A stretch of 64,000 bases of DNA from Bugula neritina (taxonomy: Eukaryota; Animalia; Bryozoa). The DNA is taken from assembly GCA_964035545.1 (NCBI GenBank), contig OZ037772.1, forward strand, positions 2,604,001 to 2,668,000, written 5' to 3'. The notes below the pieces were generated by a model. The model saw only the letters and a program-made list of their open reading frames with translations, was not told where the DNA came from and ran no database searches. Below, one piece after another: positions 23,401 through 35,885 of this stretch. The translations under genes were made by a program, and so were the position numbers. Within the stretch, counting starts at the first letter, position 1. The number at the start of each line of letters is the position of its first letter.

Positions 23401-26400
23401 TGACCCGGAACAATGTATTAGCCAATTAACTAAGCTGTTTGATAAGTAATAGTAGCCGCTTCGCGCTACTAGCTCAGTTGAGGATAGTGCTGTAAATTAA
23501 GTAGACGTGCGTATCATTACTGTTGTGCATTGGATTTTATTATGTATTCTTGTATTAAATATAACAATATCTACTCGACTTAACTGGTGACGTTTCTCTA
23601 GTGTTAAATAGACTCTCTTGGTGGCACATCAACCCTAAAACTGAAAACTATAACAATATACATATATATATAACATATATATGTATACATGCATATATCA
23701 TCCTACTAGTAATGGATTACTAACTACAACTTATCCTATGACTCACTCTTCTTATGATAGCTGCATGAGATAGACAACACTCACACGTGACACGCACTCA
23801 CAGTGCACTAGCTCTTGACACATTGCCAAGGATGATGAAATGACAGTTTCGCCGCCACTCCTAGCAGTTAGAGTGGCAGGGAATAGTTGTAGTATGTTGT
23901 AGTATTGGCTCCTCAGAATTCACTCCTCAGTAATTAGTTGCATTGCACAAACTTGCAACAATAGTGAATAATTATTGACAATATGGCCTCCACTCAGTAG
24001 TTAACTAGTAATTTGTCTTGTCATTTTACTCTACAAGTTATAGTTGAGTCTGTTTGGTGAGTAGCAGTTCTTTGTCATGAGTGACTATTTTCCAGCATAT
24101 CATTAAATACATTATATAGTGAAGTGTGTTTGTGTGATAGCCTGTGGTCTATATAATGAATGTGTGTTGATGAGTGATGAGTATTTATTTGAGTATTTGT
24201 CAAGGACATATCTGTGTGTGTGGATGGAGTATTTCATTACTTGAGATATACTAAACACAGCTAACACAGGTAACATACTGATTGCTATATAGTATTGTAG
24301 GAAAGATCACTATGACATCACAGATCCCACAACACTACCAGTAGCTCAGCATGGAGACCCCTTAGAATACAAGTCTCCGCCTAAACCTGCACCCATTCCC
24401 TGCGATGTGTGTAAAGGTGGAACACAAGCTGCTGTGTTTTGTCTTGAGAGTCAAAAGAAATTATGTCAGCAACATCAAGAAGTGAGTATTTCTTATATAA
24501 TTTCTCAAGATTAGTTACTAAACCTGTTCTGGATTGTGTGTAGAATATTATTGAAAAAAAATGTTGAGTCTGTGTGACTTTTTATACTAAACACACAGTT
24601 TCACAGTGCAGTGAGTCAACTATGACAGACTTGTTGGTGAAAATACAACCAACTAAACTGTTGACCTTTATTATACAGAATCACAGAGAGCTGATGGGAA
24701 ATAGACATCAGTTTATTGACATTGAGGTCTACAGAGCTTCTCCCCAAAGATATACTATAACTGAATGTGAACATCATAAACAGGAACAGCTGACAGAAGT
24801 GTGTTCTAAGTGTCACCAGATATTTTGTATGAGATGTGATATGAGGACTGGCTGTAAGGATAAGACAAGTATTTACTTGCTGTTTCTATTTCTGTAGAGA
24901 GAAACTGAGAAATATTACAAGAACCTGTTATTTATTATTTTATTATTAAAGTGAATTATGTAACAGTATAAGAGGAAGTAAGTTTGTCAGCATTAAGGTT
25001 TGTGTGAGACAGAAGTGGATAGTGCAGGAGTTTATATTCTCACTGTTATGTTGAATATTTAGTATATTTCATCCTTCAAGTGTCTGTTTCCTTGATAAGA
25101 TGGTATAGGCATAGCTTTAACTCAGTGGTGTCCCACCTTTTTCATACCATCCCCCTTTTTTATAAATATTTTCTATTAAGTTTCGGCCTCTTTGATAAAA
25201 TTGTAATTTCATTTATAAAGAAAATCTTGGACAGGTTGTTTTCCTAATAATTCATTGAGTGTAGGAAAAGGCCAGTGTGTTTGACATGGACCAGTGTCTG
25301 CCACAACTTCAGTTCAGCTTTGAAAGCATTGATGCTGCTATTAAAAGCAATGAGTTGATGATTATACTCATTCATTTAAGGTTCAGAGTTTTTAGTACAG
25401 CAAATATAACTACTAGGTACGCAGTAAATAGTTTGTGGCGATCAGTTCCACTGACTGCAACAACTTCCTGTTAGTTTTTACTTTCAATAAACCTTTTAGC
25501 CTCCATTCGTAGTAGGAGGGGTAGCAGCTAGAGTAGAGTGAATATTAGACACATGGATGTAGAAGTAAACTTAGATTGTAGAGTGTAATGTGGATAAATA
25601 AATGAACTACATAAAATGAAGGAGTTATAATTATACATATTCATGTAACCTGGAACACAAGGCAAGAGCTCAAAAAGCTGATAACAAACTCTGTGAAATT
25701 TTAGAAATGAAAACCCCTAAAAAACTCAAATTTCCTGTGAAGGGGAAATTCCCCAAGGTTGGGAGCCACTGCTTTAATTTTTTCAACTATTTCATTCCAA
25801 GTGCAGTGAATATAAATGACATCTTTCTAGTCCAAGTCTAACTGTCTATAGTTATTACATAGTATGTGTGTAGTGATACATCATCAACCTGTAGTTACAG
25901 GTAGTAGGTGTAGAATTAGTACAATGTCATATTCTGAAATGCTTTTATAAATAGTGTGATTTTATGTATACAGAGGAGACAGTAGCATCCCATGACTTGG
26001 CATCTTTGAGTGATTTGTCTTGTGAGTTACGAGAAAGCCTGACTGGTGGAATAGAGACTCTGTCTGAGAAAGTTGCAGAGTTGAATGACATCTCAAAGGA
26101 TGCCTGGAAAGAACTGAGTAAAATAGAAGATGAAGTGAAGAAGATGGTTGCCAGAGTAAACGCTGTAGCTGACGCTCAGGTATGCTGACATGGTGATGCC
26201 ATGTAATATTATTTCTGTTTGTCTGAAATTGGAATTTGCATTTGGTCTTTGAGTTGTAATCAGAAATGAATTTTATTTGCCACTAGAATTAACTGGCCAT
26301 TAAAGTATTATCATTCTGTGTACAAGTAGCAGTAGTCATTCATCACATGTTACTCAGTGCAGAGGAACCTGTCAATACAGATGACTCACTCATCCTTCTG

Positions 26401-29119
26401 CAACTGTCAATCACTCACACAGAGAGGTTGGCTGTGTGAGTGATTGACAGGTGTCAGGAGGAGGAGACTAGTCACGTGATGTACTAGCTCTCTGCTGTGT
26501 ATAGAGTGTCACGTGACTGAGTCATTGTCCACTCAGTGGGTGATCTGTCACTTTCATTTCGAGTGAAGAGGTTGTGAGGTGCAGATGTGGTTACACTGTG
26601 TTACTTATTATTAGATAGAAGAGATTAGAAAGAGAGCTACAAACCTGAGGCTAGAAATATATGGATATTTGAAGAGCTGCACACAGATAGTGGATAATTA
26701 TAGAATAGAGCTGGCCTTGAGTAAGACAATGGGCAGACAGTCTCTGCTGGACACAGTACAACATGCAGTTGATAAGTTCAATGATGCAGGGATTGTGAGA
26801 GACTACAAAGAGATGAGTGAGAAGGTGGAAAAGGCTACAGATATTGGTGTAATAGAGAAGTGTGTACTTCCAGACAGCATCTTGGTACCAACATGTAGGT
26901 GGAGTCTATAAATAGTAACACTAACTATAAATAACTTTCTGCTTGTAATCATGCGAGTTGCTTTCACTAAATATTTAATAGTAGAATAAGTAGATAGAGT
27001 TTATTTATTAGAGAATTGAGTTTTGTTCTACTCTTACATTATGAGACATTTCTGCAGTGTTTCAGAGTTTATGATGTATAAGTGAGCTGCTAAACTGTGT
27101 TATGCTGACTACCTGCTGTCAGTATTAACAAGATATTCTCACTTAGACCTGTGCATCACGTAGCAACTTGTAGTAACTACAGACTGCTTGTATTTAAAAC
27201 ATCTTTTAGTTTTAAGTTTGAAAAGCTGTTCCCACCTCCTCAGGTGATGAGATTCTCAAGTTATAGAATTGTTATTTTGTTGTTGCAGACAGTGAAGACA
27301 GTCTGGGACTGAAGCTGCTGCAGCCACCATCTTCTCTCCAGTCTGATGGACTTCCTGTACGTGGCTGGTGTCACACAGTAAACATCTCAGCTGATGGGCA
27401 TGTGATGTGTGGGACACGACGAGGTGTAGAAGTAATGAATAGAGAGACTCTGGATACTATCAGCTCAGTGAAGGACACCAACACTACAGGGTGGAGGGAA
27501 ATAATCCAACCTGAAGGGGTGATGGCTGGCTGCTGGTATAATAGAGAGGAGGAAACAGCTGAAGTCTCACTTCTTGACCCGAACTCCTTGGAGAAGACTC
27601 GCTCTCTCTACAAGCATTCAGTAGATAGATACGCTTACTATAGTATAGCTCAGCACGACTCACTGCTCTATATTGTAGACAATACAGAGAAACAGCTGGT
27701 AGTATGTAACCTAGTTGACAATAAAATACAGAAGTTCCCACTTCCTGAGATGAAGCTCCCTCTACCTGTATGCATCCTCCCAGACTCAACTCTCCTCATA
27801 GGAGACTGTGCTGCAGATGGTAAAGTGAGAAGATATAAAGTGGAGAACACAACTCTCACTCTAATGTGGGAATTCCCTCACATCTCAGACCCAACTGGTA
27901 TTTCCTTTGATCCAACATCTGAACTGATTCACATCTGTACACTGAGAGGACCTCTCCTCATCCTCTCACTTGAAGGTAAATACTCTGTTTATTATAGTAA
28001 GTTTAGTTATTTTATATATAATTATGTTGTAGTAAATAATATATTTTAATAATTAACAGTTAACAACTTCCACTCATAAGATATATTATGGTATTGTTAG
28101 TATGTATCAAGTCACTGATGTTACTTTTAGCTGAGAGTTATGTAATAAAGACTGTAACATGCTGATAGTAGATGTTATATTCTTCATCACATGACTTGTA
28201 GCTAATAATAATATCAGTGAATAATACTGCCTCCCTACAATAAGTTTATTTCCAGCTGCAGTAACATGCAGGATGTAAGCACAGGTAAAAGTGTGTATTA
28301 TATTGTATAGGTTCAAGGTGTACTCTGTGTAGTGTGCAGTGAGCTCTTAGTAAACTCTCTATTCAGTCTTCCTTTCCAAGGGTTCACCTGGTAGTGTAGA
28401 GGATAGGGACTCCACACTGCTGAGTGAGTTGGTGCTGCAAGGGGTTCAAACCCACCTATCAGCATGTCTAGTTAGTATACTATGCAAGTGTTTTACAGTA
28501 ATTTTAGAGGTGCTCAGTCTAACAACTGTACAGACTGCCAGCTACACATGAGTTATGAGTTGTAGTTTGACTTCAGTCTAGTGCTGCTATTGTTTTGGTC
28601 ATCAGATAATTTAAATGTAAATAATTTGATACTTTCTGACTGCCATTACTGAGTTTATTGTAATTTGATGGTAGCTGGTAGAGCAGTGTTTGCTGGTGGG
28701 ACTCAGGTGGCCGTGTTTGGTTCTTGTCAAGTATTTAATATGTGATAATGTTGGAGTAGCTGCAGTAGTAGTAGTTAAAAGTAGACATGTGGGTGTGTTC
28801 TTGCTCAGAGCCACAGGCTAAGTTTGTGGGTCAAGGTCAATACAGTTGTATAATGAGACACTATTTTCTGCTCTGTTAGAATATTTACTTCATGCATGTA
28901 ACCTGCTTAGTTCCATCTTTAAAGGCAGTCTGTCTGTTTCTCTCAATACACACCAACTGATACAATATGATGCTATTATTTACAGGTCAACTGGTGCTTA
29001 CTGTTCCCAGAGAAAGTCTTGGTGTGAGTAACTGGGTGAATGACATTGCTGTGTATAACAGAGACACAGTGTTTCTAGCATGTGATGATGGACTGAGAAG
29101 ATACACAATAAAATACTAA
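14438..29119 (+). CDS. TRIM-like E3 ligase (C3HC4 RING, B-box1, B-box2, coiled coil, NHL-like beta-propeller), 619 aa; coding exons 14438-14619, 24301-24481, 24679-24868, 25974-26179, 26615-26894, 27289-27975, 28986-29119
   Basis: RING CGYC...PRTLPCLHVYCMRC...CAYC; B-boxes CDVC...FCLES...LCQQH and CEHH...CSKC...FCMRC; all introns GT-AG with matching phases; exon sum 1860 nt without internal stop; AATAAA at 29296. Confidence 0.85.
14925..15428. mobile_element. hAT-like MITE remnant (same family as 25123-25771)
   Basis: ACCTTTTTCATATCATCCCC start and CCAGGTTGGGAACCACTG end match the 25123-25771 copy. Confidence 0.55.
16556..17422 (+). CDS. gag: Gag of copy B, 288 aa
   Basis: Colinear with copy A gag; GTTAAAC at 17371 followed by the same stem. 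Confidence 0.9.
   Translation: METENAGMQPPPVEGERRNAVNPVNYEGEEAYKHYLKAPTFTGSEDVEQFIQEFREVMEVAQWPHRVALIQLRRAVTEQAKPYGVGTDVNGILAALRARFGTSVIDARTKLERLCRTPRTSLQEHAATMKKLAQIAYSDLPAQHQERYTYGAFVQSLNDLGLDHHLRAKGITRMEDALKAGEAYLLATQMHRAQRNPPVVGVSAARATTGSEALPLEAEVDRMVEMLGQLVTILAGAGPGQALRMPPTHVGQGWSSADQNQRQEGRPQYQGALNCHGPRTFSLPAGRN
17371..21998 (+). pseudogene. pol: pol of copy B, disabled
   Basis: PR/RT/RH/IN motifs; CAG>TAG at 18136-18138; net +2 frameshift near 20311. Confidence 0.95.
22016..23089 (+). CDS. ORF3 zinc-finger/coiled-coil protein of copy B, 357 aa
   Basis: Intact, colinear with 11116-12189. Confidence 0.85.
   Translation: METGSMPVNSELIQQIESELLGTTFHVNDDEDTVMADGLLDLELDTVLGQSTHDSSVPRVHSKSCDSQASNGRQSLELCCKDPPRSNNNSTFVDTLAPVSTDMPSLEMAWDPEPAPTTPTTRQLPPQLEATSNWITPATEREIRTHQGGESNGECNLCQQRFTTHRRLKVHLPQHYITTFCPCGEYSYNRDYLLRHQRTMQCYQGHVYEVDESSYPAFLNAIKPLITDSARLSRLEQGFPSPRPIISGATDKPTQSANSPPHSPVRMPHTFPRVVLQRVDTNAYTLPPPLPSSERKRHRQPTSSRSSPWARNLREVEARAHDLEQEVYRLAPRIQAASSELKYLQESIKRMKRAARN
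25123..25771. mobile_element. hAT-like MITE in TRIM intron
   Basis: TIRs CAGTGGTGTCCCACCTT / AAGGTTGGGAGCCACTG; 8-bp TSD CTTTAACT / CTTTAATT (7/8). Confidence 0.75.
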
Positions 29120-30447
29120 ACTTATCAGCTACAGTTTACTAATAATCAGCTCAGTGAGGTCCTGAGAGATGAATTGGATAATATTTGTCATCAACATAAT
29201 TATTTCATCACAATTCATCAATACACACACTCTGTAATTATAGTTGGATATGAGATGTTTTACTGTATCAAATATGTGTTGCTATTTTACCATCTAATAA
29301 AGTTTATTTGTTAGTGAAAACTTAGTCTGTTTTCATGCCTCTTTAGCTTTAGTTCAAGTTGAGTTCGGTTAGTAACAATAATCTATACTGGAGCAGTAAC
29401 TGTAAGTGACTTGTTTGTGGGAGAATTTACACACTGAATTGACATGCAGGTGCAAGTAACTCCAACATGACTAAGTAAATTTATTACAACCATTCAAAAT
29501 AATATACCTTCCACTGCTGTGTATACAACAGCATTGAGTAGCCAATCAAATTGTTTCTTGTCATGCAATCAGGAATCTGATAAATAATATATAAGGCAAT
29601 CAGCTAGATATAAACACTGTATTACTCTACACATGAGCTGTCTATGATACAGCTGCTTTGTAAACTGTGTGTAATTTGATGAGTTTAGTTCAATTGGTTA
29701 CAGTTTAATTATGACATGTTTCCCATTCACCTGGGAGAAATCCCATGAGGTATAATAGAGGACAACTGCGTTGAAAATGCAGAGCGACAAGTTCGAAGGT
29801 TTTCTCAACTCGCACAGTGGACACCTTTGCTACTTGTGATTTCAATTTTCGCATGCGAAAATACGCGCCGTGTGGCCCTAGGCTTATGCCATGTTCCCTA
29901 TTCACCTGGGAGAAATCCCCTGAGGTATAATAGAAGACAACTCCTAAGCATGTCTAAAGGCATGTTTTTAGTAAACAATGTATTGCAATGCTACCATTTG
30001 ATTGGACAATTCTGTTCTCATGCAACAGCTTAGAGCTGTGGAATACTTGATCTACTCTGTATCATGTAAACTAACTTACACACAAGTTATATACAGCTAC
30101 TACTTGATAAGGAAGTAATAGACTTACACTAACAGAGTTATTGACATGAAAAAGTAAATAATATTTAAATTGTGATGACTAAGTAAGTGGATGAGTCATA
30201 AACCAGTCAAAAAATAATTTCTACAAACAAACTTTATTGAGTAAATGTGACTACAGAGTCTTGACAGCATAGCAGAGTGAATATGTTACATAATCATTAC
30301 TAATCAACATCAAATACTGCATATAAGCAGTGTAAGTCCTGTGGAATATATAATATTATACTGTGAGTAGAACACAATATATTATATTTGACATGTACTA
30401 CTGATGACCTCACTGAGCTGATTATTAGTGAAGTGTAGCTGATAAGT

Positions 30448-30581
30448 TTAGTATTTTATTGTGTATCTCCTCAGACCATCTCTACATGCTAGAAACACTG
30501 TGTCTCTGTTATACACAGCAATGTCCCACACCCAGCCACTAACACCAAGACTTTCTTTGGGAATTGTTACCACCAGTTCAC
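30448..30581 (-). pseudogene. Orphan terminal exon of an inverted (tail-to-tail) TRIM paralog, with flanking intron and 3' UTR homology over ~30120-31195
   Basis: 134-bp exon reads ELVVTIPKESLGVSGWVWDIAVYNRDTVFLACRDGLRRYTIKY* vs QLVLTVPRESLGVSNWVNDIAVYNRDTVFLACDDGLRRYTIKY*; no upstream TRIM exons seen on the minus strand. Confidence 0.85.
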
Positions 30582-31197
30582 CTTTAAAAAATATAATGTC
30601 AGATTGAATCAGTTTGAGACAAACAGACAGACTACAGTGACATCACAACAGCTGACACAACTACATGCAAGTTTCTACTTTCCAGTATAATATAGTAACT
30701 GAAATATATTCGATAATAATACAATAAATTTCAAATATATTTCTCACTCAGAAAGACTTCCTTTAAAGATGCAACTAAGCAGATTATGTTGAAGATAATA
30801 AAGTTCTACCAGTAAGTATTGAATAATTCAATGAGCTGCTCTACTGTTTACTTCATAATAAATGACAACATGGAGAGACTCAACATAGAAATTTACCCCC
30901 TCAGCAAATATGATTATACAGGAAGGAAGATATATAATATAAGTATTACATACATGAAGTAAATATTCTAACAGAAAATAGTGTCTCATTATACAACTGT
31001 ATTGACCTTGACCCACAACCTTAGCCTGTGGCTCTTATATAGAACACACCCACATGTCTACTTCTAATAATACTGCTACTGCAGCTACTCCAACAATATC
31101 ACATATTAAATACTTGACAAGAACCAACCACGGCCACCTGAGTTCCACCAGCAAACACTGCTCTACCAGCCACCATCAAATTACACTAGTCTCAGTA

Positions 31198-31365
31198 ATA
31201 ATTACATAATATAAGATATATTACATAATATAAGATATATTACATAATATAAGATATATTACATAATATAAGATATATTACATAATATAAGATATATTAC
31301 ATAATATAATATATATTACATGATATAAGACATATTACATAATATAAGATATATTACATAATATT
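31198..31365. repeat. 19-bp minisatellite (ATTACATAATATAAGATAT)n
   Basis: Direct tandem copies, at the point where TRIM-paralog homology stops. Confidence 0.9.
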
Positions 31366-31594
31366 TATATACTATTTCTATAATGTATAATCTTGCATAC
31401 ACATACAGCCATTAAAACCTCTTGCTATTTAGTTTAAGTTTATCAATTTAGACACAGAATGCATTTGATCTTCAGTCCAATGACTGTCAAAACAGCACAT
31501 TTCACATTCATTGGTTGTACAAGAGATTGTTTCCCCAATGATAGCAGCGTTACTCTAAATTGAAAAAATCTTTAAAGTTATCAGCTAATTAAAC

Positions 31595-31753
31595 AGAGTC
31601 ATCTAAAGGGTACAGATATAGAATAAGTATATTGAATAGAGTCATCTAAAGGGTATAGATATAGAATAAGTATATTGAATAGAATCATCTAAAGGGTATA
31701 GATATAGAATAAGTTAATTGAATAGAATCATCTAAAGGGTATAGATATAGAAT
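31595..31753. repeat. 43-bp tandem repeat, about 3.7 copies
   Basis: AGAGTCATCTAAAGGGTATAGATATAGAATAAGTATATTGAAT period. Confidence 0.85.
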
Positions 31754-32182
31754 GGTAACCACAGACATCAGAAGAAGCAGAAGACACTTTCTACCACCAG
31801 ACGTACCTCTTTGAAGGGAAGCTCCCCGAGTAGGAATTGTCCCATCATGACTATGCGGGCCACCCAGAAGAAGAGGACATCCAGTCTCTAGCAGAGTACC
31901 CGGGTAGTAGGCTTGCAGGTCGGGGGTGTTATCTGGCCACCCCATAGTTGAAAAAGGAAATATTCCGGAACTAAACCAAGTGTCCAGCACATCCTCACCT
32001 GTATAACAGGCAGGAAATGGAACAATGTTCAGAGTTGTCTTCTCTGACAAACTGAAACTGGGGTTAATTTACTCAAAGGAAATGTCTCGTCCGTGAACAA
32101 AAGAAAGTAAATTATCAATAAGTAGTTAGAGAAATGTAGCTCGCTGCTTTACTATAAAGGAGAAGAGAAAGTTGGAGGTGTG

Positions 32183-32762
32183 TACATACTCAATATATAC
32201 TCAATATATACTCAATATCTACTTAATATATACTCAATACATACTCAATATATACTCAATATAAACTCAATATATACTCAATACATACTCAATACATACT
32301 TAATATATACTCAATACATATTCAATACATACTCAATATATACTCAATATAAACTCAATATATACTCAATATATACTCAATACATACTCAATATATACTC
32401 AATATATACTCAATACATACTCAATATATACTCAATACATACTCAATATATACTCAATACATACTCAATATATACTCAATACATACTCAATATATACTCA
32501 ATACATACTCAATATATACTCAATATCTAATCAATAAATACTCAATACATACTCAATACATACTCAATATCTACTCAATATATACTGAACATATACTCAA
32601 TATAGACTCAACATATACTCAATACATACTCAATATATACTCAATATATACTCAATATATACTCAATGCATACTCAATATATACTCAATACACACTCAAT
32701 ATATACTCAATATCTACTCAATAAATTCTCAATATATACTCAATACATACTCAACATATACT
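32183..32762. repeat. 11-bp minisatellite (ATATACTCAAT)n
   Basis: Direct tandem repeats in a ValRS intron. Confidence 0.95.
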
Positions 32763-32987
32763 TGATAAAATGCTTTCTGTAAATAACACAAGACAAGATG
32801 AAGAATGAGTCATACCTCAGCCTTAGGTTTCCCCCTGGATCTGCACAAAGTAGGCCGGTATTCTGTGCCCCCACCATAGCTGTCTGGAGATACACCAGTC
32901 CCTGGAGTTCCTCAGCCATTTGTACCAAGTGACTGTGTGATAGTCTGGTATGATCTTTAGCTTGCCTGATTCTACTACCTGCAGTAT

Positions 32988-33493
32988 ACATACTATGCTA
33001 TAGATATACTATACTATAGATATACTATGCTATAGATATACTATACTATAGATATACTATGCTATAGATATACTATGCTATAGATATACTATGCTATAGA
33101 TATACTATGCTATAGATATACTATGCTATAGATATACTATACTATAGATATACTATGCTATAGATATACTATGCTATAGATATACTATGCTATAGATATA
33201 CTATGCTATAGATATACTATGCTATAGATATACTATACTATAGATATACTATGCTATAGATATACTATACTATAGATATACTATGCTATAGATATACTAT
33301 GCTATAGATATACTATGCTATAGATATACTATACTATAGATATAGTATACTATAGATATACTATGCTATAGATATACTATGCTATAGATATACTATGCTA
33401 TAGATATACTATACTATAGATATAGTATACTATAGATATACTATACTATAGATATACTATACTATAGATATACTATGCTATAGACATACTATA
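32988..33493. repeat. 16-bp minisatellite (TACTATGCTATAGATA)n
   Basis: Direct tandem repeats abutting a ValRS acceptor. Confidence 0.95.
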
Positions 33494-35235
33494 CAGTACT
33501 AATATATTATATACTATACAATACTAATATAATATATATACTATACATAATATATAATACAAGTACCTCTACAGCCTTGGTTGCCATATCGTCACACGCC
33601 ACATACCACTGTGGTTAGGGTATCGGCTCAATGATATCTTTAGATCGACTATGACACAAGAGAACACGGTGTGGAGGTCATTGTTAACAGACAGACACAC
33701 ATAGTAACAGTTCAACTCAACAGCATTGTAAAATATAATGGATATGTTAATGGAGCTATTCTTTAGGAGAACAAGAGAGGACAACTTCTATTACATTGAG
33801 ATCTGTAACTATGAGTCATTTTACTTGATTTAGCACACAGAGCCATATGCCTCTAGTTTTTAGCTATTGTTCACAGTTGAGCTGCTAATTCAACATTTTA
33901 ATGTAAGAAACTATACACATTAGCAGCTAAACTGTGAAAAATAGCTAAGAACTAGAGAGATATGGTGTGTACTAAACTAAGTAAAATGACTCACAAGTAA
34001 ACATGACTAGAAAAAGTTCAGGATCTAACTGTACGTGTATGAAGAAAATGCAATGGAGCTTGTAGAAATCTAACAAGTTGGGATAAGATTGTAGAGAGAA
34101 GACGACTCACCTACATACAGGAACTGCCATAGGGTTGTCTTCCTTTCCTTTGTATAGCCTCAAGTCTTCCAACCTTTTCTGAACACCTGCACATAAGACT
34201 TACACAGAGTATAAATTGCTAATAGGCTCACACCTGTCACCTGCTTACAAATGTCACCTGCTCACACCTGTCACCTGTACACAAATGGTATTAAACCACT
34301 AAAACCTATGTAGATCAATATTTTCTTGCTATTAAGTTGACTAATTGTGAAACAGCCAAAATAGGAAAATAAGACCTTGTAGTGCAGTGAGCAAGGCAAG
34401 TTCAAGCCATACAACTTTAACATGTTGCATTACAGAAGAAAGACCTGCTTCATTTTGGTAAAATATAGCTATAAGTAATATTGGGAGTTACGCCACCTTT
34501 GAGTAACAACATGGAGTTGTGTTTCTTTTCACAAACGCAAAAAGGTAAAAGTTACTTGTTCCTTCGAGGTAGCATATATAATGCAAGGAAAAACCATCTC
34601 AACTTAGAAATATGTCACACAATTAGGAGTTATGCCACCTCCTTGTCAGAAACACGGAATACTAGATTCACACACCTTTTCATTTCCACAAACTCGCCGG
34701 AGCCTCCACATATTAACCCGTCATCGTCAATGATTGTGAGGAAGGGGAGTTTGTGTCAGAGGCCAACGTCGTAATCCTTGGGATCATGTGAGGGGGTTAT
34801 CTTCACCGCCCCTATCGACAATTAGATGGGAAGTGAGAAGCTCTGAGGCTATGAATATTACAAACAGTACTCGTTGCTATACGAATAGACTCCAATTTAG
34901 TTCTCCCTCCGTATCTCAGTAAGCTGAGGGACCTGAAACCTTAATTCATGACATAGTAGAATTCTCACCATAGTAGAATACCATATTTAACACACAGATC
35001 TGTTAATTTAAACTAATTTGTCCCAATACACATAACATAAGCCATAAAACAAAGGATCGAGCCATTCTCATGACCTGTGGTATTTCATGAGAACTAGAAA
35101 CATAAGATATAGTGGAAGCACTGCCCCAAACAAAACAAATCAAATGAAATGATAGTTTAGTGATGGAAATAATTAGTTAATAGTCTTTGAAAATAGTTGG
35201 GCCGGTCAACTTCTGAAATTACCATGTAAGAAACA

Positions 35236-35885
35236 CAACAGGCTATGAATATACAGGACAACAGGCTATGAATATACAGGACAACAGGCTATGAATATAC
35301 AGGACAACAGGCTATGAATATACAAGACAACAGGCTATGAATATACAGGACAACAGACTATGAATATACAGGACAACAGGCTATGAATATATAGGACAAC
35401 AGGCTATGAATATACAGGACAACAGGCTATGAATATACAGGACAACAGGCTATGAATATACAGGACAACAGGCTATGACTATACAGGACAACAGGCTATG
35501 AATATACAGGACAACAGGCTATGAATATACAGGACAACAGGCTATGAATATACAGGACAACAGGCTATGACTATACAGGACAACAGGCTATGAATATACA
35601 GGACAACAGGCTATGAATATACAGGACAACAAGCTATGAATATACAGGACAACAGGCTATGAATATACAGGACAACAGGCTATGAATATACAGGACAACA
35701 GGCTATGAATATACAGGACAACAGGCTATGAATATACAGGACAACAGGCTATGAATATACAGGACAACAGGCTATGAATATACAGGACAACAGGCTATGA
35801 ATATACAGGACAACAGGCTGTGAATATACAGGACAACAGGCTATGAATATACAGGACAACAGGCTATGAATATACAGGACAACAG
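35236..35885. repeat. 23-bp minisatellite (CAACAGGCTATGAATATACAGGA)n
   Basis: About 28 near-identical head-to-tail copies without spacers. Confidence 0.97.

Larger units (their letters stand above)
16219..23655 (+). mobile_element. Ty3/Gypsy family 1, copy B, inside the TRIM intron between the RING and B-box exons
   Basis: LTRs 16219-16522 and 23352-23655 identical by eye; TSD ATAT 16215-16218 and 23656-23659; PBS TGGTGGCAGCGGTGGGAT 16524-16541; PPT 23341-23351. Confidence 0.98.

Noticed and set aside
28385-28460. tRNA-like sequence in a TRIM intron
   Set aside because: Only box-A/B-like remnants, no cloverleaf; at most a decayed SINE head
35236-35885. Regular 23-bp repeat array resembling CRISPR
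   Set aside because: Head-to-tail copies without unique spacers, eukaryotic intron context, no cas genes
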